A DNA stretch of 64,000 nucleotides from Candidatus Atabeyarchaeum deiterrae. GTDB taxonomy: Archaea; Asgardarchaeota; Atabeyarchaeia; Atabeyarchaeales; Atabeyarchaeaceae. This document shows positions 38,301 through 48,400 of this stretch, one piece after another (position 1 is the first letter of the stretch; the number at the start of each line of letters is the position of its first letter). The notes beneath the pieces were generated by a model, which searched no databases, was not told the DNA's origin, and was given only the letters and a program-made list of their open reading frames with translations. Location: NCBI GenBank assembly GCA_037310415.1, contig CP147780.1, positions 992,001 through 1,056,000 of the forward strand. The letters run 5' to 3'. The position numbers and the translations under genes were made by a program.

Positions 38301-41300
38301 GATGTATTATCATGTCTTCAAAACCTCGTTGAGTGACCCTGACGAGCTTGAGAACAGAATTATCAGAACCCTTAATGAGAATCCTCTTCAGACGAATGAA
38401 CTTCAGGAAATCTTGAATGTCAAAGACGCTGAGCTCAGGAGGGCTTTGCGAAGACTTGAAAGAGCAATGTTGATAGTCAGATCCAAATACGTGCCAGAAG
38501 GATCTGCCAAGGATGAAGTCCGCGAGACAACGTGGAATCTGCTATCAAAGCATATGCCAAAAGAGATCATACTCCGACTTGACGAAACGGATCCTGAAGA
38601 TGAAAAGGAAAAAGCTGCAAGACAATTCCTTTGGTCCCACGGTCCTTGCATCTCATCAGAAGTGGGACTCTGCCTCAACATGACAGAAGAAGAAGCTGAA
38701 AGAATTCTCAAACGACTAGAAAGAACTGGCGAGGTCTTCAGCGGCAACTTCATAGCTTCAAAACCCCCCGCCCAATACCTAATTGCCGAAGACCGAGAGC
38801 TACTGAAGCAGTTAGAAAAGGGAAGAGAGCCAACAAGATTCTCCGAAGCCGTTGTTACGCAATTGGTACTGGAGAAACAGCATCTGACTTCAACAACTAA
38901 GGGACGAGGAGAAGAAGATGTCATAAGAATCATTGGTGAAATCGGGCCGATACAGACACACAGAGCGCTATACCACCGAATTGAAGGATTCGACTGGGAT
39001 TCGCTCCGACGACTTCGCGCTGGCGATAGGAGAATAGTCGTTGGAAGATTCACAGAAAGAGGATTATCATACATAAGCACGAGCGATCTTCCAATTTACT
39101 TGGCTCTACACGAAACCTCACAGAGCAACCTCTCAAACATTGATCAGATGATACTGAACACGATCATACGCGAGAATCCGATAACTAAAGGCAGGATAAT
39201 CGCGTTAATGGCGGTGGACAAGCCAACTGCGGAGGAGAGCTTGGAGAGACTGGAAGAGTCCCTTTTAATCGTCAGAACTGTTCCTCCCGAGACAGAGATG
39301 GAAATCCAGCAAATAACTCTCTATGAACCTATGGAGAACTACGCCTCTCAGTTCAAGAAACTGAGTAGAGAGGAGGCGCTCAGAGCGATTGCCCTTAAGA
39401 CCATTGAGACGCATGGACCGATTACTATCCAGGGAATAATATCACTGACTAATCTCCCATACGACGAAATAGAAGGCACTCTCACTACACTCAGAAGAGA
39501 AGGGTTGATCTTATCAGGGCAATTCATTGAAGGCATACCCATCGAAACTTACGTCATCGCACGCGACCTTCCAATGCTAAGAGAACTCAGCGACCGATTA
39601 TCCGCGAACACTCCAAGAGATGACGAGATCCCCTACGATGGCAGAATAATGGTAGACGTACTTAGCAACCTAGATCCATATACATGGAGAGTTGCCCAAC
39701 AGTTAACTGATCTATATGGAAGCTCATTCCTCAACCCAATAATTGTTGATGGAACGCTTGTAGGTGCAGCTGATGTTCGCGTAACCCAGGATCTTCTGCA
39801 TGTGGCAGATATGAAGTTGTCAGATGTCTTATCCGAGAGACTCAATTTGGTTAAGAGAATAGGGCAGCGATTCATCGACATCGCATTATATTATGGACTC
39901 ATGGCAGTGGAGGTCGAGTTCATTTGGGGTCAACCTGCGGTATCGGACAAGAATGAGAAGATCGTGAAGACCTTCACTGAACTCGGCTTTGAGATCGTTG
40001 GCGACAGGCTATGCTGGGGAGAGACGCCATCAGAGATTTTCGACGAACATGTTGTCAGAGAATTCCAGTTGAAAAAGCAACACGTTCACCCAGAGACACG
40101 AGGCAAGACGAAGCAAGACATAAGCAGAATAATAGATGACATAGTTGGCGTACGACTCCCATGGGAAGACAAGCTCAACATAAGAGTTGAAGGACTAAAA
40201 CGAGAATGGGTGGAGGAACTACTGAAGAAAGATAGGGTCCTTGTTCAAGACGCCCTGTTCAGTTTGAAACCAATGATTGTACCTGTAGCGGATTGGTCAA
40301 CCTATTGGTGGGCTAGCAAGACACCTTTGAAGTTGGGCATTGACCATATTAGCCTTCTCAAGATCATCAGGGAGACTGGTCCAATCTCAAAGAAGGCACT
40401 GATCAGAAGATCTCTGATGCATCAACTCGATGCCGAGCAGATTCTTTCAGTTCTGTCTGACATGAGACTGGCCCTGAGCATAGGCGGCTTAGCAGCTGCA
40501 AGCGTCTGGGTCGCGACAGACAAATGGTTTCCACCGACTGTAAAAGCACGAGAATATGTCGAGCCCCATGACGCAAGAAGAAAGATCATCCTCAGGTTTC
40601 TTAGGAGTCTGGGTCCTCTCACCGTATCACAGCTTCGTGAACTTACAGGATTTCATTCAAGGCAAGTGAGACTCTGTCTCATGGAACTCAGAGACCAAGG
40701 AAAGATTGGACTAGGAAGATTCTCAAGATCTGCAAGGACCCAAATACAATTTGTAGCTCTTGACGACTTGGACGAACTTCACTCACTTTCGTCTACCCTG
40801 AACAGAGGTTCAAAGCGGCTAGGTAGGAGCCTTACAATCCCTCCAGGAGACCCACTCTACTATGCGATTAGGGAGGAGATCAAAGACAACTTCAAAACAT
40901 CTTGGTGCTACTCAATCTGCTTAGATGACGGTTCAGTGGCGGCGGTTTACAAATCGAAAGGTGTTAAGAAAAGACACTTCGTGGTAACAGATCTCCTAAT
41001 ACTCTCCATTCATTGTGACAACAAAGATGTCATCAATAACGTCATTGACCAAATTGATGAAGTCGCCCGGTATAGCGGATCACTCGACATTGAACTCAAG
41101 ATGATCAATGAAAAAGCAGTCACCTATGAGGGTAACCAGGGTATTGTGGAACTCTTCAAACTAAGAGGATACAAAGTTGGAGGGACAGTTCTCTACAAGG
41201 CCTTCTCAGTAGCTGTTCAGCCCAGTGGTAAGGAAGTGTTTGCAGAAGATGTCTGCATAGAGTTCCTCATGCAGAGACAACATCTCGCTCCACTCTACCA

Positions 41301-42453
41301 GGGAAAAACAAAAGAAGACATTTTGACAATCCTCCACGACATAGGACCAATCCAATGGTCTGATTCGATAGCAATTAGAGTTGAGAAGTTTAACCCGAAT
41401 GACTTGGACGAACTGAAGTGGAGAGAGCGAAAAATAGCACATGGGAAGTTTCTAGGCGAAAACATAACTCAAGTACCAGTAGATGAGCTGCTCGATTACT
41501 ATTATGCTTCAAGACCACGCTTTCTCGTCCTTGGGTACGACGAACAAAGGGTGTTGGACATACTACAGGAATTCGGACCATTGGCTGAGAAGGAGATCGC
41601 AGCGAAAATGAATCTGGACATAGACTCTGCACAAAGAGCTATCGAGAACACAGAGAAAGCTGCCAGAATCGTCAGAGTTAGGAGAAGTGAATCACTTTAC
41701 TCATCTGATGTTTGGCTTTACGACGTGATAGACCACTATTTGCCGAATGGCATAGCGGAATTTGAAAGCACAAATCCCAAAGAATCACGGAAGAAGATAA
41801 TACTGAAATTCCTTGCCGCAAATGGACCGGTCAGCCTGAGACAGATTGAAGAATGGTCCCACATCGAACCTTCGGAGATAAAACCAGCGCTGTCAGAGCT
41901 CGAGGCGGAAGGAAAGATAACATCAAACGTCTACATTGAAGGAATCGCAGGAAGAAGGTACGCCAGAAAAGAAGACTTGTCAGAGCTCCGAAACCTTGAA
42001 GAACTATATGTTTCGCAGAAATTGAGTGGCGAACCACCCTATTATGTCATAGTCCCAAGCTATGACTCTATGGTTAGAACATGGAAAGACGAGCTTCTCA
42101 GAAGATTCTCTATGGGGTTAATAGAGCTGGGAGCAGACTATTACATGCTTGCACTCAGATCGGGTAAATCTGCAGCAGCGATGCAGGTGCACTACGACAT
42201 AAACACTCTACGAATACATGACATGGAGATACTTAGTGACTTTGAAAGTGAGACCACGTCTTCAGTCATCAAGGAAATCGAAAAAGTAGCGCGTGAATCA
42301 AGAAAAATGGAGATTCAAATCGAACACATAGACGGCAGAGCAGTTGAAGATAAACTGAACAGACAACTACATGATCGATTTCTCGGAAGCGGGTTCCAAA
42401 CTGATAATAAGGGAGTTCTGCACAAAGATGTTGCGAAGCCCGATCGCGCCTAA
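35395..42453 (+). CDS. lhr: Lhr-family SF2 helicase with four C-terminal tandem AlkZ/HTH_42-like winged-helix modules
   Basis: PTGSGKT, SPLRAL, RTGDT, TTPE, DEIH, SAT, HHGS, LELGID, QRIGRAGH, GTIP, PSW.GE, PSPF; repeats beginning xxQH. Confidence 0.9.
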   Translation: MTISFIKEPPYSEKETLDRLRPYVAQWFRETFQEMTPPQTYAIPLIHEDRNTLIFSPTGSGKTLAAFLSMIDKLFAMGEKGELDETIYVLYVSPLRALNNDIRRNLMIPLEGIREISRKGNLELPLINLAVRTGDTPQNERSKMLRHPPHILITTPETLSIILTSPKFSQKLKTVKWVIVDEIHELCDSKRGVHLSLSLERLQNLIGVDKEFVRVGCSATQAPVEEIARFLVGYRDDDSFRDCDIVDVYSTKSLDIRVLCPVANLAYASYDSATDSMYDLLKKQIDSHRTTLIFTNTRSGTERVSFRLKELYGEEHVDQLAAHHGSLSRDTRLDVEERLKKGMLKAVVSSTSLELGIDIGYVDLVSQIGSPKSVAKGLQRIGRAGHALHETSIGRLLVFDLDDLVECTVLVKSAYEGKIDRVAIPRNCLDVLCQHIVGMSIQSRWSVADAYQLVKRSYCYHELSFQDFMSVVKYLSGEHVSLEERGVYRKIWFDEEQQVFGRKRGARMIYFLNVGTIPEEANYRVLLEEYRNPLGQLSESFVERLQPGDIFVLGGRAYEFKRTSGMKVYVGPAFGRRPTVPSWSGEMLPRSFDLSCEIGKFRQELSDRIRKEGLDVARRWLLEEYKVDERSAESILVYFRNQLAITGTVPTDKRIIIEGYIDKKGRLNIVFHSVYGRRVNDALSRVYAYAVSKLARANVATAILDDGFVITLPAGRMIDLAGIPPLVTPDNVGVYIRKAIRRTELFKQRFRHCAVRSFMVLKMYKGWEISVSRQQTRAVKVLDLLEGTDDFPVVKETYREILEDVMDLPNATSIVKGIYDGEIDIRVLPLTDVPSPFSHSLILVGAEDVVLMEDRGALLRELHRQVLARVVGEAGEALFSEEIVQTLYNQRQHVTPESHGKVKEDIPRILHDIGPSELFRDTYPTILNRMVVDPDTTRNWARELVADRQLIIIRTAKGELDGVTIDDFPMYYHVFKTSLSDPDELENRIIRTLNENPLQTNELQEILNVKDAELRRALRRLERAMLIVRSKYVPEGSAKDEVRETTWNLLSKHMPKEIILRLDETDPEDEKEKAARQFLWSHGPCISSEVGLCLNMTEEEAERILKRLERTGEVFSGNFIASKPPAQYLIAEDRELLKQLEKGREPTRFSEAVVTQLVLEKQHLTSTTKGRGEEDVIRIIGEIGPIQTHRALYHRIEGFDWDSLRRLRAGDRRIVVGRFTERGLSYISTSDLPIYLALHETSQSNLSNIDQMILNTIIRENPITKGRIIALMAVDKPTAEESLERLEESLLIVRTVPPETEMEIQQITLYEPMENYASQFKKLSREEALRAIALKTIETHGPITIQGIISLTNLPYDEIEGTLTTLRREGLILSGQFIEGIPIETYVIARDLPMLRELSDRLSANTPRDDEIPYDGRIMVDVLSNLDPYTWRVAQQLTDLYGSSFLNPIIVDGTLVGAADVRVTQDLLHVADMKLSDVLSERLNLVKRIGQRFIDIALYYGLMAVEVEFIWGQPAVSDKNEKIVKTFTELGFEIVGDRLCWGETPSEIFDEHVVREFQLKKQHVHPETRGKTKQDISRIIDDIVGVRLPWEDKLNIRVEGLKREWVEELLKKDRVLVQDALFSLKPMIVPVADWSTYWWASKTPLKLGIDHISLLKIIRETGPISKKALIRRSLMHQLDAEQILSVLSDMRLALSIGGLAAASVWVATDKWFPPTVKAREYVEPHDARRKIILRFLRSLGPLTVSQLRELTGFHSRQVRLCLMELRDQGKIGLGRFSRSARTQIQFVALDDLDELHSLSSTLNRGSKRLGRSLTIPPGDPLYYAIREEIKDNFKTSWCYSICLDDGSVAAVYKSKGVKKRHFVVTDLLILSIHCDNKDVINNVIDQIDEVARYSGSLDIELKMINEKAVTYEGNQGIVELFKLRGYKVGGTVLYKAFSVAVQPSGKEVFAEDVCIEFLMQRQHLAPLYQGKTKEDILTILHDIGPIQWSDSIAIRVEKFNPNDLDELKWRERKIAHGKFLGENITQVPVDELLDYYYASRPRFLVLGYDEQRVLDILQEFGPLAEKEIAAKMNLDIDSAQRAIENTEKAARIVRVRRSESLYSSDVWLYDVIDHYLPNGIAEFESTNPKESRKKIILKFLAANGPVSLRQIEEWSHIEPSEIKPALSELEAEGKITSNVYIEGIAGRRYARKEDLSELRNLEELYVSQKLSGEPPYYVIVPSYDSMVRTWKDELLRRFSMGLIELGADYYMLALRSGKSAAAMQVHYDINTLRIHDMEILSDFESETTSSVIKEIEKVARESRKMEIQIEHIDGRAVEDKLNRQLHDRFLGSGFQTDNKGVLHKDVAKPDRA
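38062..42450 (+). repeat. Protein-level tandem repeats within lhr (270, 400, 400 and about 390 aa)
   Basis: Conserved His codons of QRQH, EKQH, KKQH and QRQH at 38071, 38881, 40081 and 41281. Confidence 0.85.
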
Positions 42454-42561
42454 CGGCGAGTTCTGGGGAACGTAGTTCATTGACATGTATTCTCCAGTAA
42501 CGAAAGGCGCCAGGAAAAAATAAATATCAAAGCAGGGAATATAGGAGAGCTTTATCCAAAA

Positions 42562-43185
42562 ATGTCGGTATGGTTGAGATACAAGGAAGAGATGTCTCAT
42601 GTTAAGAGCTATCTCATAGAAACCGCTCCAAGTGCCACGGAACTATATTTTCCGTTCACCGACCCACAATACAAGTGGCAACACACTCTGCTCGTGTTGA
42701 AAAGCGGATTGCTTCTTGCAAGAGAGGAAAAAGCGAACACGGATGTAGTTGCACTTGCAGCAATCTTCCATGATGTTTGTTACTATACTGCTGAATATAA
42801 GGACCATGGGCACGAAGGGGCTAAATACGCAACAGAATACTTGAAAAAGAGAAACTGCTCGAATGAGTTAATCGCAAACGTGTCCTACGCGATAGATGTC
42901 CATGTAGGAGAAATGAATCCAAGAACAGTTGAGGCAAGAATAATCCAAGACGCAGACACGATAGACAAGGTCGGTGCGATAGGTGCAACCTTAATACTAT
43001 TGAATGCTGGGGCAAACAAGCTTCTCTTCCTCGACGCAATTAAGAAATACAAGACTGATTACCTTGGAAAGCTCGACTTCATGGTAAACTCGATATGGAC
43101 GAACAAAGCCAAGCAAATAATATCTGAGCGAACGAGCTTCTTGATCGGATTTTTCAAACAGTTGGAGGCTGAGTTGACAGATTGA
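42562..43185 (+). CDS. HD-domain metal-dependent phosphohydrolase
   Basis: HT..V, AAIFHD, HGHEG, AIDVH, EARIIQDADTIDKVG. Confidence 0.85.
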   Translation: MSVWLRYKEEMSHVKSYLIETAPSATELYFPFTDPQYKWQHTLLVLKSGLLLAREEKANTDVVALAAIFHDVCYYTAEYKDHGHEGAKYATEYLKKRNCSNELIANVSYAIDVHVGEMNPRTVEARIIQDADTIDKVGAIGATLILLNAGANKLLFLDAIKKYKTDYLGKLDFMVNSIWTNKAKQIISERTSFLIGFFKQLEAELTD

Positions 43186-43427
43186 CTTGAATCGGCTTCT
43201 TCAACTAGTATTCTCGTTTCCAAGAGTCAGAGAAATCATCGCCAAAACATTAATTGGAGACACTAAACTAGGGTATTGTTGAATTTCTGCGTCCTGAAAA
43301 TAGTCAAAGTTATTAGGAGTGGGAGTTAGACGTGCCGAGAGAGGTTGTTACCTCTAATCCCCTGATACCTTCAGCAGATAACAAGAGAATCAGTTCACAG
43401 AGAATGAAGCATTGGAGGAAATCGTAA

Positions 43428-44888
43428 ATGCCAGTACCACGTCACGTTCAGAAGATAGTTGATTCATGGGCGGTCTACAAGAATGACGTTGACGATCCGA
43501 CGTTCAAATCCTGGAGAGAGATTGAAGAAATCCGAAGCAAGAGCCTGCAAAAACAGATCAAGCTCTGTAATCAGTATAGTAAGTTTTACAAGGAGTTTTT
43601 CAAGCGACACAGAATCAGCCCAGACACCATCAAGACCACAGATGACTTGCAGAAAATGCCTCTGTCATTCAAGAAGGACTATATGGCCGACCCATTGGCA
43701 TTCAAACTCGAATTCGATAGGCTTGGCCTGTATGATGCAATCTGGGACATTTCCTACACAACGGGCACGACTTCGGGACGCCCTTCACCTTTCTACAGTA
43801 CAGTCCACGATCACTACTCATCAATGCTGCAAGCCATAAGATCATTCAAAATCGGCGGTGGACCAACACCGGACGACCTCATGATCAATCTTTTCCCCTT
43901 AGGTCCAATTCCACACATTGGATGGGGTAAGACCGTTGAGTACCCTATCGCATGCGGGATACCTGTTGTATGCGCGAATGTTGGATCCCCAAATCCCGAG
44001 TTTCCAGTCCATCGTAAGATGCAGTTCGCAATAGAGCTTATTGAGAAGTACTCAAAGATGCAGAAGGAGAGTAACCGCTCGGTAATCTTCATGGGAGTCG
44101 CCTCATTCATAAGAAGACTACTAATGCTCGCCGAGAAACAAGGTCGAGACTTCAGCGCCGTTCGCATGGTGAGAGCACTCGGTGAAGCTGCGCCCAAGGA
44201 ACTGCGTGACGATATCAGAACGAGACTACAGAATATGGGTGCAGGCGAGGTATTTGTAGGCAACGATTACGGTTTCACTGAACTACAGGGCTCAACAACT
44301 GAATGTGTTGAACTCGGCGGATGTCACAACCCCTCGCCAGAACTATATTACCTCGAGGTTGTTAACCCAGAGACCGGGGAGCGTCTGGAAGACGGGAAAG
44401 AAGGCGCACTAGCAATAACCCATCTTAACCGACGAGGAACAGTCCTGCTTCGATATGTCATAGGCGACTTGGTAGCTATAACGAGAGAAACATGTCCGAA
44501 CTGTGGAAGAAACGGAGAACGCATAATAGTCGTTGCAGGGAGCACGTATGCGACGAGACAAAGCGAACTGCTCAAGGTAAAGGGAGTACTGATCAACCCC
44601 GAAATATTGAGAAACGAGGTTGCCACAACTGCTGGTGTGGGAGAGTACTGTTTCGTCTTGAAGAAAGAGGATCCAAGTGATCCCTACTCCGCAGATGTGC
44701 TAGAACTAAGGGTTGCTCTACTTGAAGGAGTCAACAAGAGCGACTTGGAAAAGGAACTGTCCGAAAAGGTCTTCAACGCTGTCGAGGTTCGACCAAAGGT
44801 GGTGTTCCAAGACATGAACGCAATCTTCGACCCAACCGTCAGTTTGAAAGCCCAACGCGTACTTGACTTCAGACCCAAGACCAAGTAG
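43428..44888 (+). CDS. Phenylacetate--CoA ligase-family adenylate-forming enzyme
   Basis: TTGTTSGRP, GE, YGFTE, YLEVVNPETG, LLRYVIGD, KVKGVLINP, KAQRVLD. Confidence 0.82.
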   Translation: MPVPRHVQKIVDSWAVYKNDVDDPTFKSWREIEEIRSKSLQKQIKLCNQYSKFYKEFFKRHRISPDTIKTTDDLQKMPLSFKKDYMADPLAFKLEFDRLGLYDAIWDISYTTGTTSGRPSPFYSTVHDHYSSMLQAIRSFKIGGGPTPDDLMINLFPLGPIPHIGWGKTVEYPIACGIPVVCANVGSPNPEFPVHRKMQFAIELIEKYSKMQKESNRSVIFMGVASFIRRLLMLAEKQGRDFSAVRMVRALGEAAPKELRDDIRTRLQNMGAGEVFVGNDYGFTELQGSTTECVELGGCHNPSPELYYLEVVNPETGERLEDGKEGALAITHLNRRGTVLLRYVIGDLVAITRETCPNCGRNGERIIVVAGSTYATRQSELLKVKGVLINPEILRNEVATTAGVGEYCFVLKKEDPSDPYSADVLELRVALLEGVNKSDLEKELSEKVFNAVEVRPKVVFQDMNAIFDPTVSLKAQRVLDFRPKTK

Positions 44889-45096
44889 TAGAGAGAGTAA
44901 GACATCGTGGACCCTAGATTAGGGCAATTCTCATTCTCACTTTTCTCTATTTCACAACCGTCATGCTTCCAGATTTGCTCTGAAGGGTGGAAATACCCAA
45001 TAAACTGAGACTCACGCAACCGGATGGATTCCTGTTCTTCTCTGAAAAATCATAAATAGAGGTCAGAAGCCAATGTTCTTCACAGTATAGTGCCAG

Positions 45097-46101
45097 TTGG
45101 TGTCAAGCAATATGTCGCTCCTTACCGAGGCTATCATCATTACCATAATTGTTCTTAGCTGCCTAGTAGTAGCGTATGCTACAGATCATAAGATTCGTCA
45201 AGCCCAAAAGCGAATCGCAGAGACAAGCACGCGTATCGCAACGCTGAGGCGCAGTAGCCAAGAAGGCTCAAAAGCAAACATGCGAGAACTAGAGCGCTCT
45301 TTAGGCAAGTTAAGAGAGGGGCTCAGAGAAGCGGAGAATTCATCGCTATTTCCACTTGATACAAAGAGCGGCTCCCTTTCGGAAAAGATACGTTCCTCGC
45401 TCCCGTATATTATTGGAATCACAATAGGTTCAGTTCTTGGAGTTTTGCTGATAGTGTATTTCCACCTGCCCGTAATTCTCCTTGTTGGACTATTTACTTT
45501 GGCCACGTTCGTGGGCTCAATGGGATTCTTCCTTGAATTCACCCGTGGCGAAAGAAAGGCCGTGGCATTGTCAACAATTCCAGCAGGGCTTTACGTGTTG
45601 ACTCAGATCCTCGTCATTTTGGGACTCTTTGACTACGTATTCTGGTTATTTGACATAGTGGTAATAATAACGATAATTGGCGCATCGATAATAATCGGGA
45701 AGGAACTTCCCCTTGAGGTTGTCATTATTATTGTGGCAATTCTGTCAATATGGGACATCTACGCTGTTTTGGCAACCAATATCATGGAGAACGCTGTGCT
45801 GAGCCTGCCTAACACCCTCTTCAGTATCATGATTCCAGCAGGACTCACCAATAGTGGTTTGTACTATGGCTTGATAGGAGGTGGAGACCTTTTCTTCTCG
45901 TACTTGCTAGTTACAACATTTACGCGAAGACTGAAGGCGGTTCCAGTCGCTCTCGTGGCACTAATAGCCGCCTCCATACTTGGATTGACAGTTGTCATGG
46001 TGATTTTCGCTGCGAGGTTTGCTCCCGCCTTGCCCTCGGTTCTGACAGCAGGACTGCTTTCAAGTGCATACTACCTCAAGAGGCTGAAGAAATCGGTTTA
46101 G
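45097..46101 (+). CDS. Presenilin/signal-peptide-peptidase-like GxGD intramembrane aspartyl protease
   Basis: WDIYAV, IGGGDLFF, PALP; multiple TM segments. Confidence 0.8.
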   Translation: MVSSNMSLLTEAIIITIIVLSCLVVAYATDHKIRQAQKRIAETSTRIATLRRSSQEGSKANMRELERSLGKLREGLREAENSSLFPLDTKSGSLSEKIRSSLPYIIGITIGSVLGVLLIVYFHLPVILLVGLFTLATFVGSMGFFLEFTRGERKAVALSTIPAGLYVLTQILVILGLFDYVFWLFDIVVIITIIGASIIIGKELPLEVVIIIVAILSIWDIYAVLATNIMENAVLSLPNTLFSIMIPAGLTNSGLYYGLIGGGDLFFSYLLVTTFTRRLKAVPVALVALIAASILGLTVVMVIFAARFAPALPSVLTAGLLSSAYYLKRLKKSV

Positions 46102-46288
46102 CTAGGAAGATATAGCATCCATATTCTCGTATGATGTCCAGAGAACGGACATGCAAATGGACACTTTATATTCGATCCTTACCATTCTGAAAACACTAGC
46201 AACTGTTTAAGAGAAACCCAAGCTTACTTCAAGCAGAGGCACTAAACCCTGCTTTATGCAAGGCATTGAACTGTCGGTAGGATAGAAC

Positions 46289-47662
46289 ATGTCGGATGGC
46301 TTTGATAACAAGAATGACATTACAAACGAAAGCCATTGGCTCCTATCCTTGCTCAAGGGTACTGGGGTCCCAGCTTCAGACCTATCCTACGACTTGAATC
46401 TACTCCGAGGCAGAGCTTCGAAGAGCAACATGTGCGTTTTGTGCAAAGGGGGAAAGTTTCTCTGCGGCAAACTGAGATGCTCAGTCTTAGCCAAAGCTTT
46501 GACCTACAGGAGGATTGCAAAATCCATTGACAGAGTTGACCTTAACGGAGCATCACCACCGGGAGTTTTCATAGGCAGAATGGGATACCCCCATGTATAC
46601 GCTGGACCACTCGTGCCGCCGATCCATGGCGACACCTACATCATGGATGTTCCCGAACTCTGGGGTCCTTGCGGATTCAGGAAATCGATAGATGACATAA
46701 TTGACTTCAGGTTGAATCTCGTAAGGGGCAAGACTCGCATGAACGTAAATGCAGCCTCAATGAATTCGGCCGGGAAGTCGATGGATGTGATCACCGAACT
46801 CGCATTAGCGAGGAATCCTGTCGAGACTGAGATGCTGCTGAGACATAAGCCAAGTGGATCAATAGTCTTGGATGACGACATACAACCTTTTGGTCCTTCT
46901 GCTCTAATCGAGAAAGTGAAAGTCGGGAATGTCTATTGGGATCCTCAGATCGAGAAGGCCTACTACGACCATGACTTGAAGGCATCCGACGCAGTTTTCT
47001 CCACATATGATAAAGGCACTCTGGTCTCAAGGATCCAGAAGGCTTTCAGCGTAGGAGCATTCGGAGTCAAAGAAAGGAGAAAACTCGTACCAACGCGCTG
47101 GAGCATAACTGCCGTTGACAGCATAATATCAAAGACCTTACTTGAGAAAGTAAAGACTCAACCACTAATCAACGAGTATAGGATCTACGAGTCAAGCTAT
47201 CTGGACAATCGCTGGATCATCCTAATGGCTCCACTTTCATGGACCTATGAACTTGTTGAAGCATGGTACCCTGGCACCACATGGAACCCGGACAGCAGGA
47301 ATATTGTAATATTCTCAGACCATGAAATGTTCGAAGGTCGCACAGCCTATCCAGACATAGGCGGATGCTATTTTGCAGCGAGACTTGCGATCGCAGAGAA
47401 ACTCGCTGCTGATCAACGCCAGGCAACTGCAATCGTGCTCAGAGAATCTCACCCAGGGTACATAGTACCCGCGGGAGTGTGGAATGTCCGGGAAAGCGTC
47501 AGAGGCGCGATGAGAGATCCACCCACAAAATACAGCAACCTTCGAGACGCAATGAACTACATATCCTCCAAGTTCGACATACCGTTACCAAAATGGGTTA
47601 AGACCAGCAAGCTGCTCTATGAACTGCTCCACCAAACAAGGATCGACGAGTTTCGATCCTGA
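46289..47662 (+). CDS. Second Nre-family DNA repair protein
   Basis: CVLCKGGKFLCG, SPPGVFIG..GYP, LVPTRWSITAVD, GGCYFAARL, GVWNVRESVR, PIP box QTRIDEF. Confidence 0.88.
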   Translation: MSDGFDNKNDITNESHWLLSLLKGTGVPASDLSYDLNLLRGRASKSNMCVLCKGGKFLCGKLRCSVLAKALTYRRIAKSIDRVDLNGASPPGVFIGRMGYPHVYAGPLVPPIHGDTYIMDVPELWGPCGFRKSIDDIIDFRLNLVRGKTRMNVNAASMNSAGKSMDVITELALARNPVETEMLLRHKPSGSIVLDDDIQPFGPSALIEKVKVGNVYWDPQIEKAYYDHDLKASDAVFSTYDKGTLVSRIQKAFSVGAFGVKERRKLVPTRWSITAVDSIISKTLLEKVKTQPLINEYRIYESSYLDNRWIILMAPLSWTYELVEAWYPGTTWNPDSRNIVIFSDHEMFEGRTAYPDIGGCYFAARLAIAEKLAADQRQATAIVLRESHPGYIVPAGVWNVRESVRGAMRDPPTKYSNLRDAMNYISSKFDIPLPKWVKTSKLLYELLHQTRIDEFRS

Positions 47663-47741
47663 AAGCGTCTCACAAACTCAGTCCACTGACGGGACGCAAG
47701 TGACAGACGCTTTATATAGATTCTCTTATTGGTAGAAACAT

Positions 47742-48176
47742 ATGAGCGTCAACACGGCAGAGTTCATGGAACTTGAAAAAGAAGTATCCTCGTCGGGCAA
47801 ATCATTCAGGGAACTTCTTGCTCCCGAATTAGGGAAGGTTTACATTGTTGCCATTACTCGGGATGGTTGCCCTGCATGCGCAAGACAGAAACCCAGATTT
47901 GATAACTTGGCAAGCGACATGCTAAGGAAGCATAGGAACAAGCTTGTTTTTGTTCGGATTCATGTCAACAGACTGCCCGATTCGGAAGATGAATCACTTA
48001 GAAGCAAGAACTTGCTCGGTCATTATTTCTATCCGACAAACCTGATCCTGATTAGAACGAAGGATAGAGGAGCGATAGAATGCTACAGAAACATCGCAAC
48101 AAGAATGACTGAGCTAAGAAACAATGTCGAAGCGTTAATAGAGACCGCGACCGCAATGGCAAAGGACATGGGTTGA
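47742..48176 (+). CDS. Thioredoxin-fold protein
   Basis: CPAC after a beta strand; YPT cis-Pro motif. Confidence 0.7.
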   Translation: MSVNTAEFMELEKEVSSSGKSFRELLAPELGKVYIVAITRDGCPACARQKPRFDNLASDMLRKHRNKLVFVRIHVNRLPDSEDESLRSKNLLGHYFYPTNLILIRTKDRGAIECYRNIATRMTELRNNVEALIETATAMAKDMG

Positions 48177-48400
48177 GATCCACTCAAGAAACCACATGAT
48201 TATCACAGGATCCACTGAAGATGGCAACCTTGCTCACTGGAACTATGGGTAGCGTCAAGGAGGGACGTGCGTCTCTGCTTCTCCCCAACTCGTTTCAAAC
48301 TGGTCACATTGAGCATTTCCCACTTCGCATTTACAGCAGTGTTTCACGGCAATAAAGTATTTTACAGCCATAAAACATATATTCTCACGATGTACATCTG

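Noticed and set aside
38403-39080. 225-aa antisense ORF within lhr, and the many other antisense or nested ORFs in the track
   Set aside because: Shadow frames of well-supported genes, with no motifs
43321-43372. Hairpins upstream of the acyl-CoA ligase gene (AGAGGT-tgtt-ACCTCT), possible structured leader
   Set aside because: Short stems with no match to an RNA family I recognise; covariation data would be needed
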